Shown here piece after piece: positions 7,947 through 16,565 of a stretch of 64,000 nt of DNA. Under the pieces are notes generated by a model that was not told the DNA's origin, ran no database searches, and worked only from the letters and a program-made list of their open reading frames with translations. Source of the stretch: Candidatus Poriferisocius sp. (lineage in GTDB: Bacteria; Actinomycetota; Acidimicrobiia; Acidimicrobiales; Bin134); the NCBI GenBank assembly GCA_965208545.1, contig OZ242341.1:543380-607379 (forward strand), read 5' to 3'. The translations under genes were made by a program, and so were the position numbers. Position 1 is the stretch's first letter, and every line of letters begins with the position of its first letter.

Positions 7947-8361
7947 GGTTGGTGGCGCCGTCGCGCACCTTGTGGGTGATTATGCGACGGGTGTCGGGGT
8001 CCAAGAAGTAGTGGTTGTTGTAGACGATGTTGTTGCTCACCCGGCTGTCGATGGTGAAGACGTAGTTGTAGGGCGTGAGCTCGGCGCCTTCGAGGCTGAG
8101 CTGGTCGCTGTCGGCAAAGCACCGCTTGCCGTCGACTTGGATTGGGGTGTCGAAGATGGTTTCGCCCACCCCGTAGAGGTTCTCGAAGTGCTCGTGAAGG
8201 TGCCAGGTGCTGTTGTTGAGCCAATACACGTCCATGTGAACGGCGCTGGACTCGAGGAAATCGCCATGGGGGGTGAAGCTCTTGCACAACCCCTCCCAGT
8301 GGCCCATAAAGCACTGATAGGGCCGAGGTGAGGGTGGTCCGTAGTTTCTCGTATCGCTCAC
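7906..8361 (-). CDS. calycin/lipocalin-like beta-barrel protein, single GxWxG module, function unknown
   Basis: GTG 8361. Motif FMGHWEGLCKSFTPHG. It is the first gene of the minus-strand operon of the cluster. Confidence 0.55.
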   Translation of the reverse strand: MSDTRNYGPPSPRPYQCFMGHWEGLCKSFTPHGDFLESSAVHMDVYWLNNSTWHLHEHFENLYGVGETIFDTPIQVDGKRCFADSDQLSLEGAELTPYNYVFTIDSRVSNNIVYNNHYFLDPDTRRIITHKVRDGATNLFQIQDFTRVQRP

Positions 8362-8393
8362 GTTGGGAAGCGTAGAGTGTGCTGGAACTTGAT

Positions 8394-8419
8394 GAAACCG
8401 TGTTCCTCTGAGCGAAACA
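8394..8419 (+). promoter_or_regulatory. operator-like motif copy S2: GAAAC-cg-TGTTCC-tctgag-CGAAACA
   Basis: It lies in the 80-bp divergent intergenic region between 8361 (-) and 8442 (+), with the same spacing as S1, S3 and S4. Confidence 0.6.
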
Positions 8420-8441
8420 AAGCAATGGCAATGAGCGCCGC

Positions 8442-9401
8442 ATGATCGTCCGAGGGCTGCACTTCTCCTTCGATGCTGGCGGAGATGCCGCGCTGGCCAC
8501 CCTTTTCTACCCCGGCGACGATGGCCGACTGGACGAAGCCAGACTGACCGGGCAAGTTCCGGCCGACGACACCGATGCTCCGTGGCCGGTGGTTGTGCTG
8601 CTGCCGGGCATCAACGTGGTGCCCGACGGCTATCGGTGGCTGGCCCATCGACTGGTGGCCGACGGACTGTGCATGGTGACCTATGCGGCCATCGGGTCGC
8701 TGGGACCGGCGGGTCGGGGCATAACCCCCGGCATCGACCTGGCCGCTTTGGCCCCCGACACCATCGGCACCCGGCCGTCGGCCACCGCCCTCGGACCGCT
8801 GCTCGCCCATCTGGCTGAGCAGGCCGCCGATGAGCACAGCCCAGTAGCCGGGCGGGTGGATCTGGACCACGTAGTCGTGGGGGGCCATTCGGCGGGGGGC
8901 ACGGCCGCGTTGCACAACAGCGATCCGGGTTGGGTGCCGGGATTGCAGGCAGTGTTCGCCTACGCGGCCCACACCATGATGGCCACGGCGTTGGGCCATG
9001 GCGAGGCCGCCGTGGTGCCCATTCCGGCCCAGGTGCCGATAATGCTGCTGGGCGGTGCCGACGACGGCGTTATCGCCGCCAGCCGCGACCGATATCGCAC
9101 CGACGACGAAGCCCACGATCCCGTTCGCCGCACCTTTGCCGAGGCCATTGATCGGCAGCAGGGAGATTCTTGGCTGGTCGAGTTGGCCGATGCCGGACAC
9201 TTCGCCATGTGCGACCCGGTGGACACCACCAGCGGCCGCTCCTTCTTGGAGCCCGATCCCACGACGGTCGACCCATCCATCCGCAACCTGCTCGGCGACC
9301 TCATCGCCGGGTTCGTCGCCACCAGCCTGGGAAGACCAACCGACGCGAGCCTCGACCGGCTGGTCGAACAACCATCGATCAGGCACTGGGATCGACGCTG
9401 A
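8442..9401 (+). CDS. alpha/beta hydrolase, chlorophyllase / dienelactone-hydrolase-like
   Basis: Nucleophile elbow VVGGHSAGGTAAL. The layout parallels plant chlorophyllase as recalled: WPVVVLLPGI..Y.WLAHRLVADG, ADAGHFAMCDP, and C-terminal IRNLLGDLIAGFVATSL. Confidence 0.65.
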   Translation: MIVRGLHFSFDAGGDAALATLFYPGDDGRLDEARLTGQVPADDTDAPWPVVVLLPGINVVPDGYRWLAHRLVADGLCMVTYAAIGSLGPAGRGITPGIDLAALAPDTIGTRPSATALGPLLAHLAEQAADEHSPVAGRVDLDHVVVGGHSAGGTAALHNSDPGWVPGLQAVFAYAAHTMMATALGHGEAAVVPIPAQVPIMLLGGADDGVIAASRDRYRTDDEAHDPVRRTFAEAIDRQQGDSWLVELADAGHFAMCDPVDTTSGRSFLEPDPTTVDPSIRNLLGDLIAGFVATSLGRPTDASLDRLVEQPSIRHWDRR

Positions 9402-9426
9402 GAACTAGCAACAGGAGGGAAATGAA

Positions 9427-10233
9427 ATGACCAAGCGCATCGTCATCACCGGCAGCACCAGGGGGATCGGCAACGGGTTGGCCCGCGAGTTCTTGAAGCG
9501 CCGATGCCAGGTGGCGGTGAGCGGCCGTTCAGCAAGTCAGGTCGACGATGTGGTGGCCGAGCTGGGCCAGTACTACGGCGAGTCCAAAGTTTGCGGCGCG
9601 GCCTGCGACATCACCAATCCCGAACAGCTCCAGCGGCTGTGGGACTGTGCAGCAGGGGCTTTCGGCGGCGTCGATGTGTGGGTCAACAACGCGGGGGTCA
9701 GCATCACCCGCCAGCCGTTGTGGGAGCAGCAGGATGGAGAACTGGCCGCGCTGGTTGACACCAACCTCACCGGCGCGCTGCTGGCCAGCAAGACCGCTGT
9801 CGCCAATATGGTGCGCCAAGGCCACGGTCAAGTTTGGAACACCGAGGGATTCGGGTCCGACGGCGCCACCCAGCCCGGCATGGCCGCCTATGGGGCCACC
9901 AAGCGGGCGGTGCGGTATCTGCAAAAGGCCCTGCGCAAGGACACCGCCGACACCCCGGTGCAGGTGTGCACGGTGTCACCAGGCATCGTGGTGACAGACT
10001 TGCTCACCGGCGACTACGACCTCACCTCCGAGCAATGGGAAAAGTCGAAGAAGATCTTCAACATCCTGGGCGACCACGTCCACACTGTGACTCCCTGGCT
10101 GGCCGACCACATTCTGGCCGCCGACAAGTCAGGCGCCCGGGTGGTGTGGCTGACCCGGCGCAAGGCCTTCGCCCGGTTCATGACCGCCTCGTTCCGAAGG
10201 CGCGACCTCTTCAGGGAGATCGAGGGGGCTTAG
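9427..10233 (+). CDS. short-chain dehydrogenase/reductase, chlorophyll b reductase NOL/NYC1-like subfamily
   Basis: AGGAGG RBS. ITGSTRGIGNGLAREFL, NNAG, GFGSDGATQPGMAAYGATKR (YxxxK) and VSPGIVVTDLL closely parallel the recalled Arabidopsis NOL motifs ITGSTKGIGYALAREFL, GAGSDGRPTPRFAAYGATKR and LSPGMVTTDLL. Confidence 0.7.
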   Translation: MTKRIVITGSTRGIGNGLAREFLKRRCQVAVSGRSASQVDDVVAELGQYYGESKVCGAACDITNPEQLQRLWDCAAGAFGGVDVWVNNAGVSITRQPLWEQQDGELAALVDTNLTGALLASKTAVANMVRQGHGQVWNTEGFGSDGATQPGMAAYGATKRAVRYLQKALRKDTADTPVQVCTVSPGIVVTDLLTGDYDLTSEQWEKSKKIFNILGDHVHTVTPWLADHILAADKSGARVVWLTRRKAFARFMTASFRRRDLFREIEGA

Positions 10234-10299
10234 CTGAGCCTGGCGCTAGGGATTCTGAGGGGGCTTAGCTGAGCCTGGCGCTAGGGATTCTGAGGGGGC
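10222..10299. repeat. perfect 35-bp tandem duplication x2 plus an 8-bp partial third copy, at a convergent gene junction
   Basis: gagggggcttagctgagcctggcgctagggattct occurs at 10222-10256 and 10257-10291, followed by gagggggc. Each unit contains the stop codons of both convergent genes. Confidence 0.95.
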
Positions 10300-13049
10300 G
10301 TGATCGAGCCGCTGCGAGCGATGGCGGTGGGGTCGCCGCCCAAATAGCTCTGGACCACCGCAGGATCAGCTTGGACCTCGGCTGGGGTTCCCTCGGCGAT
10401 CACCGCACCCACTTCCAAGGCGAGGAGGCGATCGCACACCGAGGCCAATAACGGCATGTCGTGCTCGATCACCACCAGGGTGAGGCCATAGACCTCGCGG
10501 ACTTGTTCAATGGCTGCCCCGAGGGCCTCCGTCTCGGCTTGGGCAATGCCCGCCGACGGTTCGTCCATGAGCAGAAGACGGGGGCGCAGAGCCACATTGG
10601 CAGCCAACTCGACCAGGCGGCGGGTGCCGGTGGACAGCGCGCTGACAGGTTGGTCGACCAGGCTGCTCAGGCCGAACATGGCCAGCGTCTCAGCAGTTTC
10701 GTCTTCGAGTTCCCGCTCAGTGCGAGATCCGCCGACCACGAACCCATGCTGGTGCGCCCGCTGGTTGGCCAGAAAGATGATGTCTCGAGGGGTCATGGTC
10801 GGGAACAGCGGCGCATTCTGGAATGAGCGCACCAACCCCCGGCGGCTGCGGTTCTCCGGGGTCAATCGGGTGATGTCGTCTCCTTCGAAGAGCACCGCGC
10901 CAGCATGGGGCCGCAGGTAGCCGCTGATCAGCTCGAACAGGGTGGTCTTGCCCGCGCCGTTTGGTCCGATCAGCCCCAGTGTCTCTCCCGCGTCGACTCG
11001 GAACGACACATCATCCACTGCGACGAGGTCCCCAAAACTCCTGGTGAGACCCCTCACCTCCAGCATGATTCCTTCCGATCTTGAAGCCTGGACCGAAGCT
11101 GCCGCTGCCACCGATGCCATGCCTGCCTCGTGGTCGCCTGCCTCACTCCGGGCTTGAATCGGATCGATGCCCCGCAGCCGGGCGATCTGGTCGATGAGGT
11201 TGCGCCGAGTGGTGGCCAGCAGGCCGTGGAAACCCCGGGGCTGCTCCAGAATCAAGATCAGCCATGCGGCATTCAAACCAGCGAGAGCCGACAGCTCGAG
11301 ATCGAAGAACTCGCGAATGCCGATCAGATAGGCCGCGCCGATTAGGGGGCCGGTCAGCTCTGAGAGCCCGCCGATGACGGCCAGCGAGACCACGTTGATG
11401 CTGTCGCTGGGGGTGAAGATGCTGCGGGTGACAAAGGTGTTGCTCATGGCCAGGATCACACCGCCGACACCGGCCACGAACCCGGCGAAGGCATAGGCCT
11501 GCAACAGCAGCCGCCGAGGGGCGATCTGCAACACCCGGGCCGCCGCCTCGTTGTCGCGCACCGCCACCAGCGAGCGCCCGAAAGAGGATCGGCGCAGCAC
11601 ATTAGCGATAGCTAGCACGGCCACGAACACCGCCAGCGCCACGAAGTAGAAGGCCCGCGACGTGGTGAGATCGATTCCGAAGACGCTGGCCGGGCGCGAC
11701 GACAGTCCAACGCCGAACGCCCAGTCTTGGCGGAGCAGCCAGCTGAAGGTGGCCAGGGCGAAGGCCAGCGTTGCGATGGCCAGCAGCAGGCCCCTCACCC
11801 TTAGGGCCGGCAACCCGACCGCGGCCGATGCCGCCGCGCCAACCACCCCGCCGCACAGCAGGCCCAGCACCAGGCTGCCGGTGTCGGTGGCCACCCGTAC
11901 CCCGGCCACGGCGCCGAGGGCGGCAAAGGCCACTTGGCCCAGCGACAGCTGGCCGGCCAGACCAGTGAGAAAGCTCACCGAGATGCCGATGGTGGCAAAA
12001 GCCACGATGGTCGACAGCACGAACGCCGACCGGTTGCTGATCCCCAGAGGCACCAGAGCCGCCGCCACCGCGGCTACCCCTCCCACAACCCAGCCCAAGT
12101 TCCGGATCATCCAGACGTCGCGATACGAGTCGGGCAGTCGCCGGCTGGGGGACAGGCTGGACCAGCGCTCCGGCAATTCGCGGCCGACGCGCACTTGCAT
12201 GCCCACCCCGATCAGGATGAGCAGGAACAGGGCCACTTCGAACCATCCGGTGGCTTCGGAGTTGGACGCCAGAATCTGCTCGACCACGCCGATCCCCAGA
12301 CCGGCGAGAAGGGCGATGGGCAGGTTGGCGAATCGGGCCAGGGCTGCCACGGCCAGGCCGCGGATGATGAAGTCGGGCCCGAGGGCGTCAGCGGTGACCG
12401 TCGACTGGTTGGGGATGATGAGCATGGCCGCGAACGCGGCGATGCCCCCGGCCAGCGCCCACGACAGCATGGCCATGTGCCGGGGGTCCACCCCGGCCAA
12501 AGTGGCTGAGTCGGGGTTGGCGGCCGCCCCCCGAATGGCCAGGCCGAACCGGCTCCGCTGGAGAAACAGGTAGAGCCCGCCCACCACCACCGGCGACAGG
12601 CACAGCAGCGCGGTGGCCGACGGCGACACGAACACGGTGAGGTCGAATTGGGGGAACCCCGACGGCTGAGGGAAGTTGCCCCCGCCCAGGCCCCCTTTGG
12701 AAAATGACAGGGCCAATAGCAGCAATGCCTCGGCCGCCCCGAGAGTGGCCACCATCGACAGCACTTTGGGCGCCGAAGCCAGCTTCCGCACCACGAAGGC
12801 CTCTATGCCGGCGGCGATCAGCGCAGCCACGATCAGCGCGCCGACAAAGCCCAACCAGTAGGGCACCCCGTAGTCCTTGACCACCACCGACATCATCGAG
12901 GCGGCTACCAGGCCAATCGAGCCATGGGCGAAGTTGATGAATCCGCTGGATCGGTAGGCCAACACCAAGCCGATGCCCAAGAGGGCATAGCCGAGACCGA
13001 AGATCGTTCCCAGCAGAAGCAGCGGGCCGGAGATGTCGAAGGAGCCCAT
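10281..13049 (-). CDS. fused branched-chain-amino-acid-type ABC transporter: LivH-like permease + LivM-like permease + LivG-like ATPase in one 922-aa polypeptide
   Basis: The N-terminus [26 protein letters not shown] is LivH-like and a second permease block follows. The C-terminal ATPase has [16 protein letters not shown] and LLLMDEP. Confidence 0.85.
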   Translation of the reverse strand: MGSFDISGPLLLLGTIFGLGYALLGIGLVLAYRSSGFINFAHGSIGLVAASMMSVVVKDYGVPYWLGFVGALIVAALIAAGIEAFVVRKLASAPKVLSMVATLGAAEALLLLALSFSKGGLGGGNFPQPSGFPQFDLTVFVSPSATALLCLSPVVVGGLYLFLQRSRFGLAIRGAAANPDSATLAGVDPRHMAMLSWALAGGIAAFAAMLIIPNQSTVTADALGPDFIIRGLAVAALARFANLPIALLAGLGIGVVEQILASNSEATGWFEVALFLLILIGVGMQVRVGRELPERWSSLSPSRRLPDSYRDVWMIRNLGWVVGGVAAVAAALVPLGISNRSAFVLSTIVAFATIGISVSFLTGLAGQLSLGQVAFAALGAVAGVRVATDTGSLVLGLLCGGVVGAAASAAVGLPALRVRGLLLAIATLAFALATFSWLLRQDWAFGVGLSSRPASVFGIDLTTSRAFYFVALAVFVAVLAIANVLRRSSFGRSLVAVRDNEAAARVLQIAPRRLLLQAYAFAGFVAGVGGVILAMSNTFVTRSIFTPSDSINVVSLAVIGGLSELTGPLIGAAYLIGIREFFDLELSALAGLNAAWLILILEQPRGFHGLLATTRRNLIDQIARLRGIDPIQARSEAGDHEAGMASVAAAASVQASRSEGIMLEVRGLTRSFGDLVAVDDVSFRVDAGETLGLIGPNGAGKTTLFELISGYLRPHAGAVLFEGDDITRLTPENRSRRGLVRSFQNAPLFPTMTPRDIIFLANQRAHQHGFVVGGSRTERELEDETAETLAMFGLSSLVDQPVSALSTGTRRLVELAANVALRPRLLLMDEPSAGIAQAETEALGAAIEQVREVYGLTLVVIEHDMPLLASVCDRLLALEVGAVIAEGTPAEVQADPAVVQSYLGGDPTAIARSGSITPPQNP

Positions 13050-15043
13050 CAGCGCACTCCCTGTTCACCGCCGTCGCTGCCGAGGGCTTTGGCCAATCCC
13101 TCGAGATAGGCGGCCTGCAACAGGTCGGGTCTGGACCGGAGATCCTCCGCGGGGCCCGAATAGCCGATCTCACCCTTCTCCATCACGTAGGCGTGGTCGG
13201 CAACCGACAGCGCGATATTGACCGACTGCTCCACCAGCAGCACCGCGGCCCCCTGATCGGCGATGCGCCGAACCACCGGCAACAGGTCGGCGATCACCGT
13301 CGGGGCCAAGCCCAGCGAGAACTCGTCGATCAGCAGCAGGCGGGGAGGGGCGATGATGGCCTTGGCCAACGAGAGCATCTGCTTCTCCCCGCCCGAAAGG
13401 GTGGCCGCCCGCTGGTTCGACCGTTCGGCCAAACGGGGGAATAAGTCGTAGGCCTCGGCGATGCCCAAATCGCGTTCGGATCGGCCGACCTCGTGGCCGA
13501 AGAGGTTGAGATTCTCGGCCACGGTTAGAGGGCCGACAACCGCCTCTCCTCCGACGATCTGATGCAAACCCATGCCCACCCGCCATGTGGGACGGGTCTT
13601 GGTGATGTCCAGCCCGGCGTACACGATGCGTCCGCCGATGGTCGGTTCCAGACCGGAGATCGAGCGCAACAGGGTGGTCTTGCCCGCGCCGTTGGTGCCC
13701 AGCAGGGCCACTACCGCGCTCTCCTCAACCTGGAGGTCCACATCGAACAGAACCTGCACCGACCCATAGGCCACCGACACCTGCTCAACCGCGAGCAGCG
13801 GCCCTTGGGACTCGGCGCCATAGACCCGTCGAGGCACGGTGGTGGCCTGCGCCTGGGCTGCTGCTGTTTCGGCATCGCGTGCTGGGGTTGCGAAGCGGCG
13901 AATTGCCCAGCCGGCAACTAAAAGGGGCAGTCCCAGCCATCCGATCTTCCACTGATCCGACCACGATCCGATGACATGGGCGTTGACCAGCGACCCGGCC
14001 AGCCCTCCCGCTCCTGCCCAGAGCACCTGGCGGGCGGACACTGCCCGTCGAACCGCGGGGGCCAGCGATGGGAAGACGGCCGCATCCAGCCCAGAAGCGG
14101 CCAGAGCAATGGCTCCCCCGGCGAACAACCAGCAAACCACCAGCCCGATGTAGGTGAACGACATGCCCCCCAGAAACACCAAGAGACCGGCCATCAGCAA
14201 CTGGGTTCCGATGGCGTCTGATCGACGGCTGCCGGTGAGCCGGTGCAGCCGGTGATACCACGGGCCGAATAGGCAGATCAGGGCGGCTGCCCCGGTTCCG
14301 GCGGCCAGCACCGCGGCATTTTGCACCGCACTGCGCTGCCATTCCCCCAGCAGAAGCGACTGGGCGGCGTCGGCCCCGCCGATGACCACCGCCCCCACGG
14401 CGAAGGCCGCCCCGTACGATCGACGGGCCCAGGGAACGTCGGGACGGGCAACACTGACTTCAACCTCCTGGTCTTCGTCATGGGCCAAAGCGTGGCGGCC
14501 GACCAGGAGCGCACCCATCAGCATCAACGCGGCACTGATCCACAGCATCGTGCCGTACCCCACCGGGTGGAATATGCGAATCAACAGTGGCCACGACGCG
14601 CCCACAGCCACCGCGGCCCAATACCACGACATGGTGCGGAACCGATCGGCAGGGCGAGCATCGGTGGCCAGCAGGATCCGATGGGCTACCAGCCCAGGAG
14701 CTGCCCCCATCGCCAACAACACGCCGCCGACAGTGAACAAAGCCAGCTCTACCGTCCAGGCCATCAGCGCCAAGCCCACCGCCGCTGCCAGCCCGCCCAG
14801 CATCAGCATCGCCCCCGCCGGCAACTTGTCGCGCAGCAGGGGCACGGCCAGTGCCGCCACCACGGCCACCGCGCCGATCAGCGCGATCTCTCCGGTTACC
14901 GCCCCCAATCGGTCTAGGCGCTCGGCGATCTCTTCTCGCCGGAACAGCAGAACCGGCAGGGGTGAAGCCAGAGCCGCCCCTTGCCAGGCAACCGCAGCCA
15001 ACAACCGAGGATTGCCGGGGCGCCCCTCAGCCTCGTTGTCCAT
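13049..15043 (-). CDS. multi-pass membrane domain (MFS-like, about 400 aa) fused to a LivF-like ABC ATPase
   Basis: The N-terminal half is hydrophobic. The C-terminal half has [16 protein letters not shown] and LLLIDEF. The stop overlaps the start of the downstream gene (TGATG). Confidence 0.75.
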   Translation of the reverse strand: MDNEAEGRPGNPRLLAAVAWQGAALASPLPVLLFRREEIAERLDRLGAVTGEIALIGAVAVVAALAVPLLRDKLPAGAMLMLGGLAAAVGLALMAWTVELALFTVGGVLLAMGAAPGLVAHRILLATDARPADRFRTMSWYWAAVAVGASWPLLIRIFHPVGYGTMLWISAALMLMGALLVGRHALAHDEDQEVEVSVARPDVPWARRSYGAAFAVGAVVIGGADAAQSLLLGEWQRSAVQNAAVLAAGTGAAALICLFGPWYHRLHRLTGSRRSDAIGTQLLMAGLLVFLGGMSFTYIGLVVCWLFAGGAIALAASGLDAAVFPSLAPAVRRAVSARQVLWAGAGGLAGSLVNAHVIGSWSDQWKIGWLGLPLLVAGWAIRRFATPARDAETAAAQAQATTVPRRVYGAESQGPLLAVEQVSVAYGSVQVLFDVDLQVEESAVVALLGTNGAGKTTLLRSISGLEPTIGGRIVYAGLDITKTRPTWRVGMGLHQIVGGEAVVGPLTVAENLNLFGHEVGRSERDLGIAEAYDLFPRLAERSNQRAATLSGGEKQMLSLAKAIIAPPRLLLIDEFSLGLAPTVIADLLPVVRRIADQGAAVLLVEQSVNIALSVADHAYVMEKGEIGYSGPAEDLRSRPDLLQAAYLEGLAKALGSDGGEQGVR

Positions 15044-15052
15044 GGCGGCCGA

Positions 15053-15148
15053 TCATCCGTCGAAATCCACCGAGTTGGCGGTCAGCGCCACGCACTCGCA
15101 TCACCCGTCGAAGTCCACCGGGTCGCCGGTCAGCGCCATGCACTCGCA
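15053..15148. repeat. 48-bp imperfect tandem duplication (42/48 identical) of the 3' end of the binding-protein gene
   Basis: 15101-15148 encodes CECMALTGDPVDFDG-stop. 15053-15100, just past that stop and in frame, encodes CECVALTANSVDFDG-stop. Confidence 0.9.
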
Positions 15149-16537
15149 CTCAGGGTCGAACCGGAATCGCCGATAGAGATCGCCTCCGGCGTAGCTGCCC
15201 TCGGTGAACTCCACCCCGTAGACCGAAGCCGCCTCAAAGCTGTCGCCCAGGGCCCACATCGCCTCGCTGACCCCCTGGGCGCTCACCTCGGTCATATGGG
15301 GGGCGGCGGCTCTCAGCAGACGCAAGACGTCGCAGAACATGAGGCCGGTGCGGATATTGGCCCGCTCGACGAACTCCAGACCCGCGGCGGCGAAGATGTC
15401 GGCGCACTCCTGTTCAGCTGGGCTGGCGGGGAACGAATACTGCTCGTCGTTCACGTCGTAGCCGGGAAGCACGCTGATGCCGCTAGACCCCGGCATCATC
15501 TCCGGGTAGTTGAACACGTTGAACTCGGGGGCGTCATAGCTGGATACTGCGTAGGCAGGGGCGTAGTTCTGGGTGATGCTGGTGTCGATGAACCACGACA
15601 CCAGCCGAGATCCGCCAATGGCCACCACCTTGTCCACGCCCGCCTCCTTGAAGTTGATGATGGCTTGGAGCTGGTCGTTGTTGAACGACGTCCCGTCGGT
15701 GGGGTCGATGGTGTTGTAGGAAGCGACTTCTACCCCGGCGGCGGCCAGACGGGGGGCGAACTGCTCGTCGTAGACCCGCTGGCTTAGCTCGGATTCGATA
15801 GCGATGATGCCCAGGGTGGCCCCGTCGAACCAGCCATCCTCGATGAGTCCGGTGGCCAGTCCGGCTACGAGGTCGTCATAAGAGGGGAGCATCGGTGACC
15901 AGTAGTAGGGGGCCAGCTCTTCGAATCCGGCGTTGTCCACCGGATACAGCGCGGCGTCGAACATGAGGGTGTTGGCGTTGTGATAGCAGGGACGGGCGTT
16001 CTCCTGGAACTGACCGGTCATCACCACGGCGAAGGCCTTGTCGTCTTGAGTGATGGCATTGCAAATGGCTTCCTCCGACACCGGGCTGTCGGTGATGGCG
16101 TTGAACACCGTAACTTTGGGGTCTATCTGGCGGCCGGCGATACCGCCGGCGGCGTTGAAGTGATCGACCAGCGCGGCCACTTGGGCCTCGCGGTCACCCT
16201 CGTCGGGGGTCTCCCAGCCGAATGCGGCGGCAACCGCCGAGGTGTCGGTGATGATGAACGAGATGGTGATGGTGTCGTCGCTGACCCCGGGGGTGTCCGG
16301 GCCGGCAGGTACCGGACCGGCGGTGGTGTCCTCGGGTTCAGCTATAGGCGCATCCGGTTCATCAGGTGTGTCGGGTACGGCTGCCGTCGTGGGGGCTTCG
16401 GTAGGAGCTGCGGTGGAGGCGGCGGGCGGATCGTCGGCGGCTTGCGAGCAAGCTGAGGCTACCAATCCGGCGACCAGCAGCAGCCCCAGTAGCCGAGCGC
16501 AAACCGACAGAGAGCGGCGATTGGCGGAATGGATCAT
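15101..16537 (-). CDS. ABC transporter substrate-binding lipoprotein (Leu/Ile/Val-binding family)
   Basis: Lipobox LVASAC, a Pro/Thr/Ala-rich linker, then a periplasmic-binding-protein type I body. ATG 16537 is used here. An alternative GTG start is at 16546. Confidence 0.8.
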   Translation of the reverse strand: MIHSANRRSLSVCARLLGLLLVAGLVASACSQAADDPPAASTAAPTEAPTTAAVPDTPDEPDAPIAEPEDTTAGPVPAGPDTPGVSDDTITISFIITDTSAVAAAFGWETPDEGDREAQVAALVDHFNAAGGIAGRQIDPKVTVFNAITDSPVSEEAICNAITQDDKAFAVVMTGQFQENARPCYHNANTLMFDAALYPVDNAGFEELAPYYWSPMLPSYDDLVAGLATGLIEDGWFDGATLGIIAIESELSQRVYDEQFAPRLAAAGVEVASYNTIDPTDGTSFNNDQLQAIINFKEAGVDKVVAIGGSRLVSWFIDTSITQNYAPAYAVSSYDAPEFNVFNYPEMMPGSSGISVLPGYDVNDEQYSFPASPAEQECADIFAAAGLEFVERANIRTGLMFCDVLRLLRAAAPHMTEVSAQGVSEAMWALGDSFEAASVYGVEFTEGSYAGGDLYRRFRFDPECECMALTGDPVDFDG

Positions 16538-16565
16538 CGGACACACTCTTTCACGGGGATGGAGT

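Noticed and set aside
7865-8500. 211-aa minus-strand ORF ending at 7865
   Set aside because: It is an out-of-frame artefact over most of its length. Only its last 14 codons (the relay mini-ORF created by the 41-bp duplication) are considered meaningful.
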